A stretch of DNA of 63,877 nt, filler included, from Octopus bimaculoides (Eukaryota), in assembly GCF_001194135.2 (NCBI RefSeq). It is 9 parts of 8 records of this genome, joined end to end, with 100 filler letters (N's around TTAATTAATTAA, not from the genome) between each part and the next. Parts side by side here need not be neighbours in the genome. Positions count along the whole stretch, not along the records: positions 48,734 to 52,592 come from NC_068989.1; positions 52,693 to 62,676 come from NC_069009.1; 7 more parts are not named here. The stretch is one strand, 5' to 3'. The notes below the pieces were generated by a model, which had not been told where the DNA came from, ran no database searches, and saw nothing but the letters and a program-made list of their open reading frames with translations. A program made the position numbers and the translations under genes. Shown here piece after piece: positions 49,058-62,218 of this stretch; the first letter of the stretch is position 1, and every line of letters begins with the position of its first letter.

Positions 49058-49950
49058 TGCATCCCATAACTTAGCAGTTTGGCAGAAGGGTATGATAGAA
49101 TAAGTACCACATTTGAAATACAAGTACCAGGGTCAATTTCAAAAGGGTACCCAAGTATGGCTGCAGTCCAATGACTGGAACAAGTAGAAAGATAAAAAAA
49201 TTAAATTAATTCTTCCTTTTGTTCCTTATTTTTCTTTTGGATATTTGTTCTTTTTCAGAATTCATTAAAAATAAAAGACATTTTTGTATGGAATAATATA
49301 ATTATATTCCCATGTAGGCGTAAATCTTGGTTCTACTTATAAAATAGAATTGAGCTAATATTGAATTGAATTAATAATATATGTGTAGTCACAGAGACAG
49401 AAAAATCATATTTTTCTGCCATTAAAACATAAATTAAGGATGTTATTAGATAATGCCATTTGGAGTTCTGCACTAAGAAAAAATGCCCATTGAAAGGAAG
49501 GAATCATGTTACAGAATTTATTCAAAGTATATAATTCTTTAATCTTTTTCTCTGTCTCACTCTTTCTCTCTTTCATTCTCTCTCTCCCCCTCTCTCTTTC
49601 TCCCCTCTCTCCTTCTCCCCTTTCTCTCTTTCTCCCTACACTCTCACCCCCTCTCTCTCTCTTTCTCCCCACTCTCTCTCTCTCTTTATCTATCTATCCA
49701 GCTATTTCAATCATTATATCTCACTGTTTCTGTCTCTATCTCTGTGAATAACCTTGTTTTCTTTCATTTCTACTAAGCATGCATTTATAAACAAGTGTGT
49801 GAGTGTGTGTGTATGTGTATATATATAGATATGTATATGTATTATATTACATATTATAATATCATATGTAATATATATACATATATATATATACATACAT
49901 ATATATATATATAATATATATGTATGTATAAATATATATATATACATATA

Positions 49951-49994
<44 letters not shown>

Positions 49995-50717
49995 TATATA
50001 TGTATGTATGTATGTATGTGTATATATATATATATNNNNNNNNNNNNNNNNNNNNNNNNNNNNNNNNNNNNNNNNNNNNNNNNNNNNNNNNNNNNNNNNN
50101 NNNNNNNNNNNNNNNNNNNNNNNNNNNNNNNNNNNNNNNNNNNNNNNNNNNNNNNNNNNNNNNNNNNNNNNNNNNNNNNNNNNNNNNNNNNNNNNNNNNN
50201 NNNNNNNNNNNNNNNNNNNNNNNNNNNNNNNNNNNNNNNNNNNNNNNNNNNNNNNNNNNNNNNNNNNNNNNNNNNNNNNNNNNNNNNNNNNNNNNNNNNN
50301 NNNNNNNNNNNNNNNNNNNNNNNNNNNNNNNNNNNNNNNNNNNNNNNNNNNNNNNNNNNNNNNNNNNNNNNNNNNNNNNNNNNNNNNNNNNNNNNNNNNN
50401 NNNNNNNNNNNNNNNNNNNNNNNNNNNNNNNNNNNNNNGTGTGTGTGTGTGTGTGATAGATTTCAATATTAACAAGGAAGATTAACCGGGAAGATAGCTT
50501 TCCCTTGCAGCAGATGCACAGGGGCAATAAACACCACAGATGCTCAGAAAACAGACTCCATCACATGCCAGGGGGAGAAACAAGAAGTAATTGATAGCTA
50601 CCTAAGTGACCAAGTCTGTAGTGGGGCTAGATGCTCAGAGAGTGTTACCACTAGAATAAGACACACATACATATTCACACGCGCATACCTACATATATAT
50701 ACATATACATATATACA

Positions 50718-50880
50718 ATGGGCTTCTTTCAGTTTCCGTCTACCAAATCCACTCACAAGACTTTGGTCGGCCCGAGGCTATAGTAGAAGACACTTGCCCA
50801 AGGTGCCAAGCAGTGGGACTGAACCCGGAACCATGTGGCTGGTAAGCAAGCTCCTTACCACACAGTCACTCCTACACCTA
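50718..50880 (-). mobile_element. SINE family A 5' half
   Basis: gggcttctttcagtttccgtctaccaaatccactcacaag...accacacagtcactcctacacct. Confidence 0.9.
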
Positions 50881-51030
50881 TATAGTCACTCCTTTTTTTT
50901 AAATACATATTTTACCTGTGAATTTGCGTGTGTAAACTGGGAATGTATACAATGAGCATCTCTGCCCTAGGTGTACGGAAAACACTCGGCAGGAAATGGA
51001 AGAAAATTTGAAGAAAGAAGAAAAAAAAAC

Positions 51031-51081
<51 letters not shown>

Positions 51082-52735
51082 CTTTTCTACTATAGGCATG
51101 AAAATTGGTGGGGGTGGAAACTAGTTTATTACATTGACCCCAATGTTCAACTGGTATGTATTTTATTGATCCCAAAAGGATGAAAGGCAATGTTAACTTT
51201 GGTGGAATTTGCACTGAGAATGTAAAACTGGAAGAAAGTCACAAAGCATTTTGTTCAGTGCACTTATGATTCTGCCAGCTTAAGAAAAGACTGAAGCAAA
51301 GAATAAGCTCTTAACTCTTTGTCTCATTCTAAAAATCAGTTTAGTTGGTGGCCCTCAAATAGGGGCCAAATCAGATATTAAGCTGATATAAATAGATACT
51401 ACACTTTGATCGCTCAAGGACAGCTTACAATTTGTTGTATTAGAAAAATTTAGAAACTTTGAGATGTATGAAGAAGACACAGCTCTTTTATCCTTTCAAG
51501 TGTCAATAAAATAGGTACCAGTTGTGTTCTGGAGTCAACCTAATTGACTTACCCCCCTCCCCCGAAATTTCAGGGCTTTTGTCTATAGTCAAAAGGATTA
51601 TTATTATTATTTGGATCAATATAACATCTACCATATTTGTGGGCTTATATACCCACATCAGAATTGATAACTATTACTACTACTACTCGTACTATATTTT
51701 TAATGGATACAGCAGTACAATAGTAGATTAATTGACATATTGCATCTGAATCCTTATTACAATTGCTTCTTTTCCACTTCCATTACTAATGCTCTTGGGA
51801 AAGACTCTCTGACGTCATAGCTTCTTACTTGTTTCTTTTCACATACCCCATACAAGAAACCATTGCTACTGCCACTGCTAGTGTGGCTAGAGTAATAATG
51901 ATGAATATCATCAAGATAAAGTATTATTGCATAAAAAAAAACTAATGCATAAAATTACATGAAATTTTACAGATTTCTTTGTTGAATAATCATTTTATTA
52001 CTTCTGTAGTGGGATATTCCATTAGTATTTTTGTTTTACATCTGAATTCTTTCTTTTTTCTTGTTGCAATATTTTTTATGTTAGCTTTACATTTTTGTTT
52101 TTCAGGTTATGAAATAAAACATTAATAATTTTTTAAATTTATTAATTATAAAGCAGTAATTCTGAGAATTCAGAATTCTGANNNNNNNNNNCCAGTACTT
52201 TTTTAACCATGGTACTTATTCCATCGATCTTTTTTGCTGAACCACTAAGTTATGAAGACATAAATACACCAACACCAGTTGTCAAATGGTGGTGGGGAAC
52301 AAGCACAGACACAAACACTAGAGAATATACACCTATATATATATAATGTATTGTCTTAAATTGTTAAATATTTTTATACAGCTTGGAAACTACGCATGTT
52401 TATAAATATTTTTAAATAAATATTTTAAACATTCATGATATTTCTGAAGGTAATGTCCTTGTAAATGCCTGTATACTTTTATTTTATCTTATCTTACTAT
52501 TTTAGACATTTTAGAGACTTAAAACTATATTTATTGGTTCCTAAATGATTTGAACACACACATATATATTAAACCTATATATATATATATATNNNNNNNN
52601 NNNNNNNNNNNNNNNNNNNNNNNNNNNNNNNNNNNNTTAATTAATTAANNNNNNNNNNNNNNNNNNNNNNNNNNNNNNNNNNNNNNNNNNNNATTTCTGC
52701 GCCATTTTGAATGATGAATTTGGTTGAAAGTTAAC

Positions 52736-52967
52736 GTGTATGTGTGTATAAGTATATTTGTATGAGTTTGTTTGAGTGTGTATGCTTGCGTATGTATGTA
52801 TTTTTGTGTGTATGAATGTGCGTGTGTGTGTGTGTGTGCATGGGTTTCCCTGTGTATATCTATATGTAAGTGGAAGTTTGTTTGCAGGAGTTTGTGTGTG
52901 CGTGGGTGTGTTTGTGTATGTATATATGTTTTATGTGTGCATGAATGTATGTATGGGCACACGTGTT

Positions 52968-53007
<40 letters not shown>

Positions 53008-53440
53008 AGAGTATGTGTACAGGTATGCATAAATGTACATGTATGTGAATGTGTTATGTGTGTGTATGTGCGTGTGTGGTGTTTTGCATGTGTTTATCTT
53101 TGTATATTCATTTGTGTGAATATGTGTATGTATGTGAGTGTACATGTGTATGTATGTATAAATGTAAGTGTGTGTATGTGTGTGAAAGTACATGTGTATG
53201 CAAAAAAATTTCTGCGTATGAGCGTTTTGTATGTATATGCATGTGTGTGTGTCATTGTTTGTGTTTATCTTTGTCTGTGTATGTGTTTCATTGTGTGTGT
53301 GTATGTCTCTGTTCTTGTGTATATGCTATGTGGTGTATGCGTGTATGTATTAATGTATCTATTGTAAGTATATAGGTGTGTATGCATATAATTATCTATG
53401 GATATGTCTGTATGTGTGTGCATGTATGTATGTATGTACA
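52736..53440. repeat. TG/TA-rich degenerate microsatellite
   Basis: Directly visible. Confidence 0.9.
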
Positions 53441-53930
53441 AGGTGGTGTAAAAAAGGTTCCCAGACTAGATAAATAGGTAAAAGACTTATTTATTTAAGG
53501 TTTACCATCATCTCCTTAGAAATATCCACCTTACACAGCAATACATTGGTTCCTGCATTCCGACCATTTTTGGAATCCAGCCTGGAAGTTGTTTACCATA
53601 AGCAAGCTGAGGACCTTCTGTGATTGGCTCTGAATCTCAACAACGGTGTTAAAATGGCAACCTTTGAACTGCATTTTCAGTTTGGAGAAGAGATGAATGT
53701 CCACAGGTGTTAAACCTGGTAAATAGGGCAGATGCAGAAGTGACACCAAGTTGTTTTTGGTGACAAACTCAAGAGTTCGGTGACAGGGTGCTTTGCCATT
53801 ATGAAGAATCCAATTTTTTTGCACTCCACGGATCCGGTCACTTTCATTAAATGTCCACCCTCAAATTCTTCAAAACATTGCAGTAGAACTCTCAATTGAC
53901 AGTCTGGTCCTGGGGAATGAATTTTCAATG
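53438..53930 (-). pseudogene. mariner transposase C-terminal remnant with TIR
   Basis: WILHNGKAPCH...LHLPYLPGLTPVDIHLFSKLK..FKG..F.TVVEIQ..SQ...FQKW; terminus ta-caaggtggtgtaaaaaaggttcc. Confidence 0.8.
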
Positions 53931-53931
53931 C

Positions 53932-54500
53932 ATGTGGCACCTTGGGCAAGTGTCTTCTAGTATAGCCTCGGACCGACCAAAACCTTGTTAGTGGATTTGG
54001 TAGACGGAAACTAAAAGAATCAGGCGTCGAGCTGGCAGAAACGTTAGCACGCCGGGCGAAATGCTTAGCGGTATTTCGTCTGCCACTATGTTCTGAGTTC
54101 AAATTCCACCAAGGTCGACTTCACCTTTCATCCTTTCAGGGTCGATAAATTAAGTACCAGTTACGCACTGGGGTCGATGTAATCGACTTAACCCATTTCT
54201 TTGACCTTCTTTGTGCCCTCTGTGTGTAGCCCCTTGTGGGCAGTAAAGGAATAAGAAACTGAAAGAAGCCCGTCGTGTATATGTATATGTTTGTGTGACT
54301 GTGTTTGTTCCCCCACAAAATCGCTTGACCACCGATGTTGGTGTTTTTATGTCCCCGTAACTTAGTGGTTCAGCAAAAGAGACCGATAGAATAAGTACTA
54401 GGCCTACAAATAATAAGTCCTGGGGTCGATTTGCTCAACTAAAGGCGGTGCTCCAGCATGGCCACAGTCAAATGACTGAAACAAGTAAAAGAGTAAAGAG
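53932..54500 (+). mobile_element. SINE family A interrupted by a family B copy
   Basis: Family A sequence resumes at gaaactgaaagaagcccgtcg after the insertion. Confidence 0.85.
54020..54254 (+). mobile_element. SINE family B with a LINE-like 3' tail, nested in family A
   Basis: 13-bp TSD gaaactaaaagaa (54007-54019) / gaaactgaaagaa (54255-54267); tail ...gccctctgtgtgtagccccttgtgggcagtaaaggaataa. Confidence 0.9.
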
Positions 54501-55084
54501 ATGTATTTATACACACACACGCCTGCATGCACACACACATACACACAAACATTATTTCTAAAATACAATATCAACTATGACAAATATTTGTATCTGTCTC
54601 CTACTGGGACTTCCTGAATCATGCTTGATGAGTTCCCATAGGACGGAAACAGATATATATCTGTCACATTCGATTTTTTGAAAAACATTTCTATTTTGTT
54701 TGTCACATACAAAGTTTTTTTTTATACCAAGATTGTGTCAATTTTTTACAAAATAAAAACCAATAATTCAATATCTATCTATCTATTTTGGTCGATCAGT
54801 CTCTTGTTACTTTGTGTATGTATGTATGTATCGGTGCCCCAAAAATCTAAGCTAAGGGCATTAAATTTTTGGAAGAAAGCAAGTGACAACACAGACAAAA
54901 AGAGGAGAAAATGTGTATATATGTGTAATATATGTATATATATGTTTTTGTTTTTATTTTGTGTTTTGTTTTTATTTTTACATTTCCAATTTATATATAT
55001 ATATATATATATATACATGTACACATATACATGTACACACACACACACATATATATATATACATATATATATGTATATACATAT

Positions 55085-55500
55085 CATCATCATCATCATC
55101 GTTTAACGTCCGCTTTCCATGCTAGCATGGGTTGGACGATTTGACTGAGAACTGGTGAACCGGATGGCAACACCAGGCTCCAGTCTAATTTGGCAGAGTT
55201 TCTACAGCTGGATGCCCTTCCTAACGCCAACCACTCAGAGAGTGTAGTGGGTGCTTTTATGTGCCACCGGCACGAGGTAACAACGCTGGTAACGATCCCG
55301 CTCAAATGGTGCTATTTACGTGCCACTGGCATGGAAGCCAGACAGCTGCTCGGATGGTGCTGTTAGCGCTCCACTGGCACAGGTGCCAGTCATTGTATTT
55401 GGTTCAATTACAATTTCGATTTAACCTGCTCCAACAGGTCTTCGCAAGCAGAGTTTAGTGTCCAATGAAGGAGAGGTTGGCATGGGTGCCAGTCGTATGT
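55085..55500 (-). mobile_element. RTE-related retroposon 3' end with (GAT)n tail
   Basis: ggttggcgttaggaagggcatccagctgtagaaact...gcggacgttaaacgatgatgatg; similar copies at 58820-59140 (-), 58200-58345 (-) and 61840-61990 (+); clade assignment is inference. Confidence 0.65.
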
Positions 55501-56628
55501 ACATGACAGACTTCTTTTAGTTTCTGTCTATCAAAACCACTCACAAGACTTAGGTTGGCCTGAGGCTATAATAGAAGACACTTGCTCAAATTGCCATGCA
55601 GTGAGACTGAACCTGGAACCATGTGGCTGGGAAGCAAGCTTCTTATTTCTTTTCTCTTTCTTTTTTATTTCTTTATTGCCCACAAGGGGNNNNNNNNNNN
55701 NNNNNNNNNNNNNNNNNNNNNNNNNNNNNNNNNNNNNNNNNNNNNNNNNNNNNNNNNNNNNNNNNNNNNNNNNNNNNNNNNNNNNNNNNNNNNNNNNNNN
55801 NNNNNNNNNNNNNNNNNNNNNNNNNNNNNNNNNNNNNNNNNNNNNNNNNNNNNNNNNNNNNNNNNNNNNNNNNNNNNNNNNNNNNNNNNNNNNNNNNNNN
55901 NNNNNNNNNNNNNNNNNNNNNNNNNNNNNNNNNNNNNNNNNNNNNNNNNNNNNNNNNNNNNNNNNNNNNNNNNNNNNNNNNNNNNNNNNNNNNNNNNNNN
56001 NNNNNNNNNNNNNNNNNNNNNNNNNNNNNNNNNNNNNNNNNNNNNNNNNNNNNNNNNNNNNNNNNNNNNNNNNNNNNNNNNNNNNNNNNNNNNNNNNNNN
56101 NNNNNNNNNNNNNNNNNNNNNNNNNNNNNNNNNNNNNNNNNNNNNNNNNNNNNNNNNNNNNNNNNNNNNNNNNNNNNNNNNNNNNNNNNNNNNNNNNNNN
56201 NNNNNNNNNNNNNNNNNNNNNNNNNNNNNNNNNNNNNNNNNNNNNNNNNNNNNNNATATATATAAAACGTGTTATTGTATTAGAAAAAAATGAATATGTA
56301 TAAATAATTGTGTTGAGTCTTGGAGGGAGTGTATATATGTGCATGATTTATATTCATGCATGTATGTATATATTTAATTATTTATTTTACAAGGCAATTG
56401 CTGTCAGTATATATATATATATGCACATACATAATTTATACACTTGCACACCCATGTATGTATTATGTGTGTTTGTGTGTATAAACTATGTATGTATATA
56501 TATATATATATATATATATGTAGATATGTATAAATTATATATACCTTATGATATATATATGAGTGTGTGTGTGTGGAGAAAGAGAAAGTGAGAGAGACAG
56601 AATGAGACTCATCTAGAGACATAATCTT

Positions 56629-56639
<11 letters not shown>

Positions 56640-56661
<22 letters not shown>

Positions 56662-56724
56662 ATCATAAATTTACACTTGCATTCATACACACTCACACAA
56701 TAACATACACGACTACACATACTA

Positions 56725-56764
<40 letters not shown>

Positions 56765-57157
56765 TCAAGCAAACAGACAAAGCCACTTATACACAGTCAC
56801 AAACGCACACACAAAATAACATCCATAACTACGCACGCACACACACACACACACACACAAAGAAGCAGGCACACATCTACACACACACACACATACACAT
56901 ATATGCACTTACATAATTAGCAATAACACACTCACACACACATAAAACAGGCACAAACATACACTCATGTAATAACAAACACACACACACAGGCAAACAA
57001 ACAAACCTACACACATGAAACATAGTCACAAACACACACACATAACGACCATGCACACACACACACACACACACACACAACAACCANNNNNNNNNNACAC
57101 ACACATAACGACCATGCACACACACACACACACACACACACAACAACCACACACACA

Positions 57158-57189
<32 letters not shown>

Positions 57190-57860
57190 GAAGCAGACAA
57201 ACCCATTCGCACACACAGACAACATAGTCAGAAGCATACACTTATATAATAAATATGCACACATATGCATACAGGCAAAAAAACACACATACACACACAT
57301 ACAACATAGTCGCAAACACACACTCGCATAATAACAAACACACTCACACACTATAACACATGCACAATTACACACATCCTATCACTGATAAACACACACA
57401 GACAGACACACACACATGCACTCACACACACACACACATCCACATATACAAACATACACATATACAAACATACACACACACAGACAAACACATTTCACAC
57501 ACACACATAAAACAGGCACAAACATACACTTACATAATAACAAACACACACATACAGGCAGACAGATAAACCTACACACATGAAACAGAATCACAAACAC
57601 GCACATAACAACTTCACACACACACACACACAGAGAGGCAGACAAACACATTTACACACACAGACAACATAGCCACAAGCATACACTCACATAACAAACA
57701 TGCACACATACAGGCAAAAACACACACATACACATACAACATAGCCACAAACACACACTTACATAATAACAAACACACTCACACGCTATAATACAAGCAC
57801 AATTACACAGATCCTATCACTAATATACATGCACAGGCACACACACACACACACATACAT
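56640..57860. repeat. CA-rich tract with degenerate 440-570-bp higher-order duplications
   Basis: aacaggcacaaacatacact at ~56947 and ~57510; aacatag(t/c)ca(g/c)aagcatacact at ~57221 and ~57666. Confidence 0.75.
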
Positions 57861-58384
57861 AGACATACACACTGTACATCCGTCAGTTAGATAGAAATCC
57901 TTACATTTGACATATTCCGATGTCAAAGCTGCAACCTTAATAATACAAACAGAGAACAGCCAAAAAAAAAAAAAAATCAAATCAAATAATTGGATTTTCA
58001 TAGACAAGAGAGTCTCAAAGAATTTTGGTCTGAAGTCAAAACTGGAACCAAGAAGAGGAAATTGAATTTGCTGGCAAGTTTTGAAATAGTGCAACAGGGT
58101 AACTCATTCACAACTGTGCGTGGACTGCCGTCACTTTTGTTTTTGCCGTCGTTTTAATGTCCACTTTTCCATTTTTGCACAAGTTTTACAGTTTGCTTAG
58201 ATAGATTTTTCTACCACCGGATGCCTTTCCTGTCACCAACCTTTACCTGTTTCCAAGCAAGGAATACCTTCCCATCTCCAAACATGTTTTTTTGTGGAAG
58301 ACTGGAAATCAGGGAGACTGTCCGAGTGATGGTGACACTTGCTTTGTTTTTCTTCAAGACAAGGAGACACAAACATACAAATTC

Positions 58385-58625
58385 GTACGTATTATGCCTA
58401 TCAAGTTTTGTTCAGTGAGTTCACTTCAAGGAAAGGGTCATTAGGGTGCCCTTGTCGAAGATAAAAAGGACCAACTGAAGACAACACTGAAAGCCACAGG
58501 ACTTGAGCCTAAATCACTTGAAACACAAGACCAAGACTGTACCAAGAAATGGTGGAACGCCACTATTGGAACCCAAAACTTCGAAGACAACAGAAGAGAA
58601 AATGAAGAAGTCATATGACAAGAGA
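58385..58625 (+). mobile_element. RTE (BovB-like) LINE C-terminal coding remnant
   Basis: GKGSLGCP...KDQLKTTLKATGLEPKSLETQDQD..KW...IGTQNFEDNRRE resembles the RTE ORF C-terminus. Confidence 0.6.
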
Positions 58626-59158
58626 GAAACCACATACTCTCACAAATAAACACACACAAACACGCACACATTCAAGCAAACAGACAAAGACACTTATACA
58701 CAAACACCCACCTACATACTCACGCAGTCACAAATGCACACACACAATAACATACACAAAGGCTCAACAAAATCAACTTTGTCCTCTACTAACATTACCA
58801 TGCAGTCCATGCCATACCATCATCATCCTCATCATCATTTAATGTCTGTTCTCCATGCTGGTATGAGTCGGACAGTTTGACCGGGGCTGGCAAGTTGGAA
58901 GGCTGCACTAGATTCCAGTCTGATTTGGCATGGTATTCTATGGCTGGATTCCCTTCCTAACGCCAACCACTGCAAGAGTGTAACAGCTGCTTTTATGTGC
59001 CACTGGCACAGGCACCATCTGTGTGACACCAGTATCTGCCCTGACTGCAATTTTACTCGACTTGTTGGGTCTTCTTCTCAAGCATGACATAATGCCAAAG
59101 GTCTTGGTCATTCATCATTGCTTCTGTGAGGCCCAACACTAGAAAGGCGCTCATATAT

Positions 59159-59197
<39 letters not shown>

Positions 59198-59343
59198 AGG
59201 TTATGAGCGATAGTGGTGTCAATTAGACCCAGAGGTTTCGGGTAATGCTGAGTAAGTGGTATGGATAGACCACAGTTAAGCTCCAGGTTCGGAGATTATG
59301 CAAATAAGGGGTCCAACATAGGTCATACATCAGCATGTGAATA

Positions 59344-59445
59344 TAAGGATTTACTTTTCATAATGAGATAAAAAACCAAGGCTGTGTATAATATAGAACA
59401 TTTAGCCTTGTTTTTTTTTTTATCTCATTACGAAAAGTAAATCCT

Positions 59446-59447
<2 letters not shown>
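59344..59447. repeat. ~40-bp-arm inverted repeat or tiny MITE
   Basis: taaggatttacttttcataatgagataaaaaaccaaggct vs agccttgtttttttttttatctcattacgaaaagtaaatcctta, 20-nt spacer. Confidence 0.8.
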
Positions 59448-59499
<52 letters not shown>

Positions 59500-59827
59500 T
59501 ATATATATGTATATATAATGGTTTTCTTAACCAATATTGCAAGCAGTTTCAATATGTTCATGTCGTAACAACCTGATTAGAACTTTTTTTATACACATGT
59601 AATTTAGGTGCAAGTAATAATGTTGTCTGTTGTGAATTAATGTAACTTGGCCCTGAAGAGATGGAAGGCCCTAATTTCTTATCTCAGACAAGAGTGAGTC
59701 AGGATATTGCATTGAAATGCGCATACGATAATAAACAAGTTTTATTAATATATAGAATTGCGTCATGGCTCTTATTTCAATTGATATATATATATGTATA
59801 TATATATACATATGTATGTACGTATGT

Positions 59828-60530
59828 ATACTAATTTATAATTATTTTAAATAATTATATTAAAGGGTGCAGATAACCCCCCCCCCCACCAACATGCAAG
59901 AAACAGACACCAAACGGTGCTAAAAACCAGCTCCATACTCTGTTATAATTATGAATTAGTATAAAATGTTACCTACCAGGTTTGTATTTCACGCTACCCA
60001 CTTGATGAAATCAAAGTGATTTTATCCTTAATTTTATAAAATATATATTTTTGCTCCTGATCAAAATTGCATTCACTGCGAGATAATAAACCTAAGTGGT
60101 TGAGATGGAAAGAAAAATTGGATTTTTTTTACTAGTATACACACGTAAATGTATGTATATGGTCATGTGAATATATTTTTTAAATGGGTATGTATAGATA
60201 TTTATATCTATATACTTCGACATATTGTACTGAAGACAGCAAAGTGTTTTACAGCGCTAAGCTAGAAATCAATTTACAATAGATCTAAGAATCTTATTTA
60301 TTTTTTCATCAGCCCACTTACAACTTGTGCTAATGGAGCATGGAAGTGGATTTTAGCACCATTTGGCATCTGTTCCTAGTGTGCTGGCAGGGTTTATCTT
60401 CACCCTTTAATATAATTATTTTAAATAATTATAAATTAGTATAAAATGTTACCATCAAGGTTTTTATTTCACGCTGGCCACTTGATAAAATCATCAAAGT
60501 GAGTTTCTCCTTAATTTTATAAAATATAAT
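59828..60530. repeat. Combined inverted (~110 bp) and direct (~95 bp) duplication
   Basis: 59828-59937 is inverted at 60337-60442; 59954-60047 is repeated directly at 60434-60530. Confidence 0.8.
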
Positions 60531-60537
60531 ATATATA

Positions 60538-60898
60538 CAAGGGTGAGTCAAAAAGTAACGCCATTTTGTTTAGGACAGGTATAATTACCAACACAGGAAC
60601 ATGTATCATACATCAAAATGAAGCTGGTCCTCTGTGGATCCCATCCCTACTTCTCAACATAGTCACCGTTTCTCTCAATAGCAATGTTTCACCTTCAAAT
60701 GAAAGCATGTATCCCTGCCCCATAAAATTCTGTTGACTGTTCTTTGAGCCACTTCTTCCCTACAGTTTTCACTTCCTCGTCACTGGACTATCATCTCTTT
60801 GGCCCCATGAAAGAGGGTTTGAGAGTCAAGATTATTCCAGTGACGAGGAAGTGAAAACTGTAGTGAAGAAGTGGCCCAAAGAACAGTCAACAGAAATT
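60538..60898. mobile_element. Fold-back mariner derivative made from the transposase 3' end
   Basis: TA + caagggtgagtcaaaaagt terminus; 60-bp arms 60728-60787/60836-60895 (2 mismatches); spacer and right arm encode DYHLFGPMKEGLR..YSSDEEVKTVVKKW. Confidence 0.85.
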
Positions 60899-61479
60899 NN
60901 NNNNNNNNNNNNNNNNNNNNNNNNNNNNNNNNNNNNNNNNNNNNNNNNNNNNNNNNNNNNNNNNNNNNNNNNNNNNNNNNNNNNNNNNNNNNNNNNNNNN
61001 NNNNNNNNNNNNNNNNNNNNNNNNNNNNNNNNNNNNNNNNNNNNNNNNNNNNNNNNNNNNNNNNNNNNNNNNNNNNNNNNNNNNNNNNNNNNNNNNNNNN
61101 NNNNNNNNNNNNNNNNNNNNNNNNNNNNNNNNNNNNNNNNNNNNNNNNNNNNNNNNNNNNNNNNNNNNNNNNNNNNNNNNNNNNNNNNNNNNNNNNNNNN
61201 NNNNNNNNNNNNNNNNNNNNNNNNNNNNNNNNNNNNNNNNNNNNNNNNNNNNNNNNNNNNNNNNNNNNNNNNNNNNNNNNNNNNNNNNNNNNNNNNNNNN
61301 NNNNNNNNNNNNNNNNNNNNNNNNNNNNNNNNNNNNNNNNNNNNNNNNNNNNNNNNNNNNNNNNNNNNNNNNNNNNNNNTATATAAACATATATATATAC
61401 ATATATATATATATGTATATATATATGTATGTATGTATGTTTATATTTGTGTGTACGTGACATTGTGTCTGTGCTTGTC

Positions 61480-61665
61480 CCTCTGTCACTGCTTGACAAG
61501 CTGTTGGCGTGTTTACGTACTCGTGACTTAGCAGTTCAACAGAAGAAACTGATAAAATAAGTACCCAGCTGAAATAAGTCCTGGGGTCAATTTGTTCGAC
61601 TGAGACCCTTTAAGACAATGCTCCAGCATGGCCGCAGCAAAACGACTGAAACAAGTAAACGAATA
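61480..61665 (+). mobile_element. SINE family A 3' half
   Basis: cttgtccctc...gcttgacaag...aataagtcctggggtcaatttgttcgact...ctccagcatggccgcagc...gactgaaacaagtaaac. Confidence 0.8.
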
Positions 61666-62161
61666 AAAAAACAAAGGAATATATACATACACACACACAC
61701 ACACTACGAGATGTGAGTACAAGAACCTGCACTGCCCCTCTTCGTCCACTAACACGAAGCCAACCAGCCCCAACTTCTCTGCAAGTTGTGCGACATCCTC
61801 AACAGTGCAGGTGGCACAATAAGTAAAAAGCACACACTGAGAAGGGCATCAAGCCAGAGAAACGAAGCCAGGATAGACGCTGGGGCATGATATTGCCCTT
61901 AGACGCATCAGATTCTGTCAAATCATCCAACTCAAGCCAATATGAAATGCAGACATTAACTGCTGACGATGACGATGACGATGTTGATGACTTATATATA
62001 TTTTTCCCATAAGCCAACCAGCCGAGCTGTATACAACTAGAGCTCTACATCGCAAACAATACGTGCTTGTCAGACAATCTTCAATACATAATGGTGATGT
62101 AGTTCTTAAGTGCTGTTTCACAGTATTAATATTGTATATCTACCTCTCTCTCTCTCTCTCG

Positions 62162-62218
<57 letters not shown>

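Noticed and set aside
51830-51925. Transmembrane-like peptide FILMIFIIITLATLAVAVAMVSCMGYVKRNK on the minus strand
   Set aside because: It is bounded by stops, has no usable splice sites and has no adjacent ectodomain sequence.
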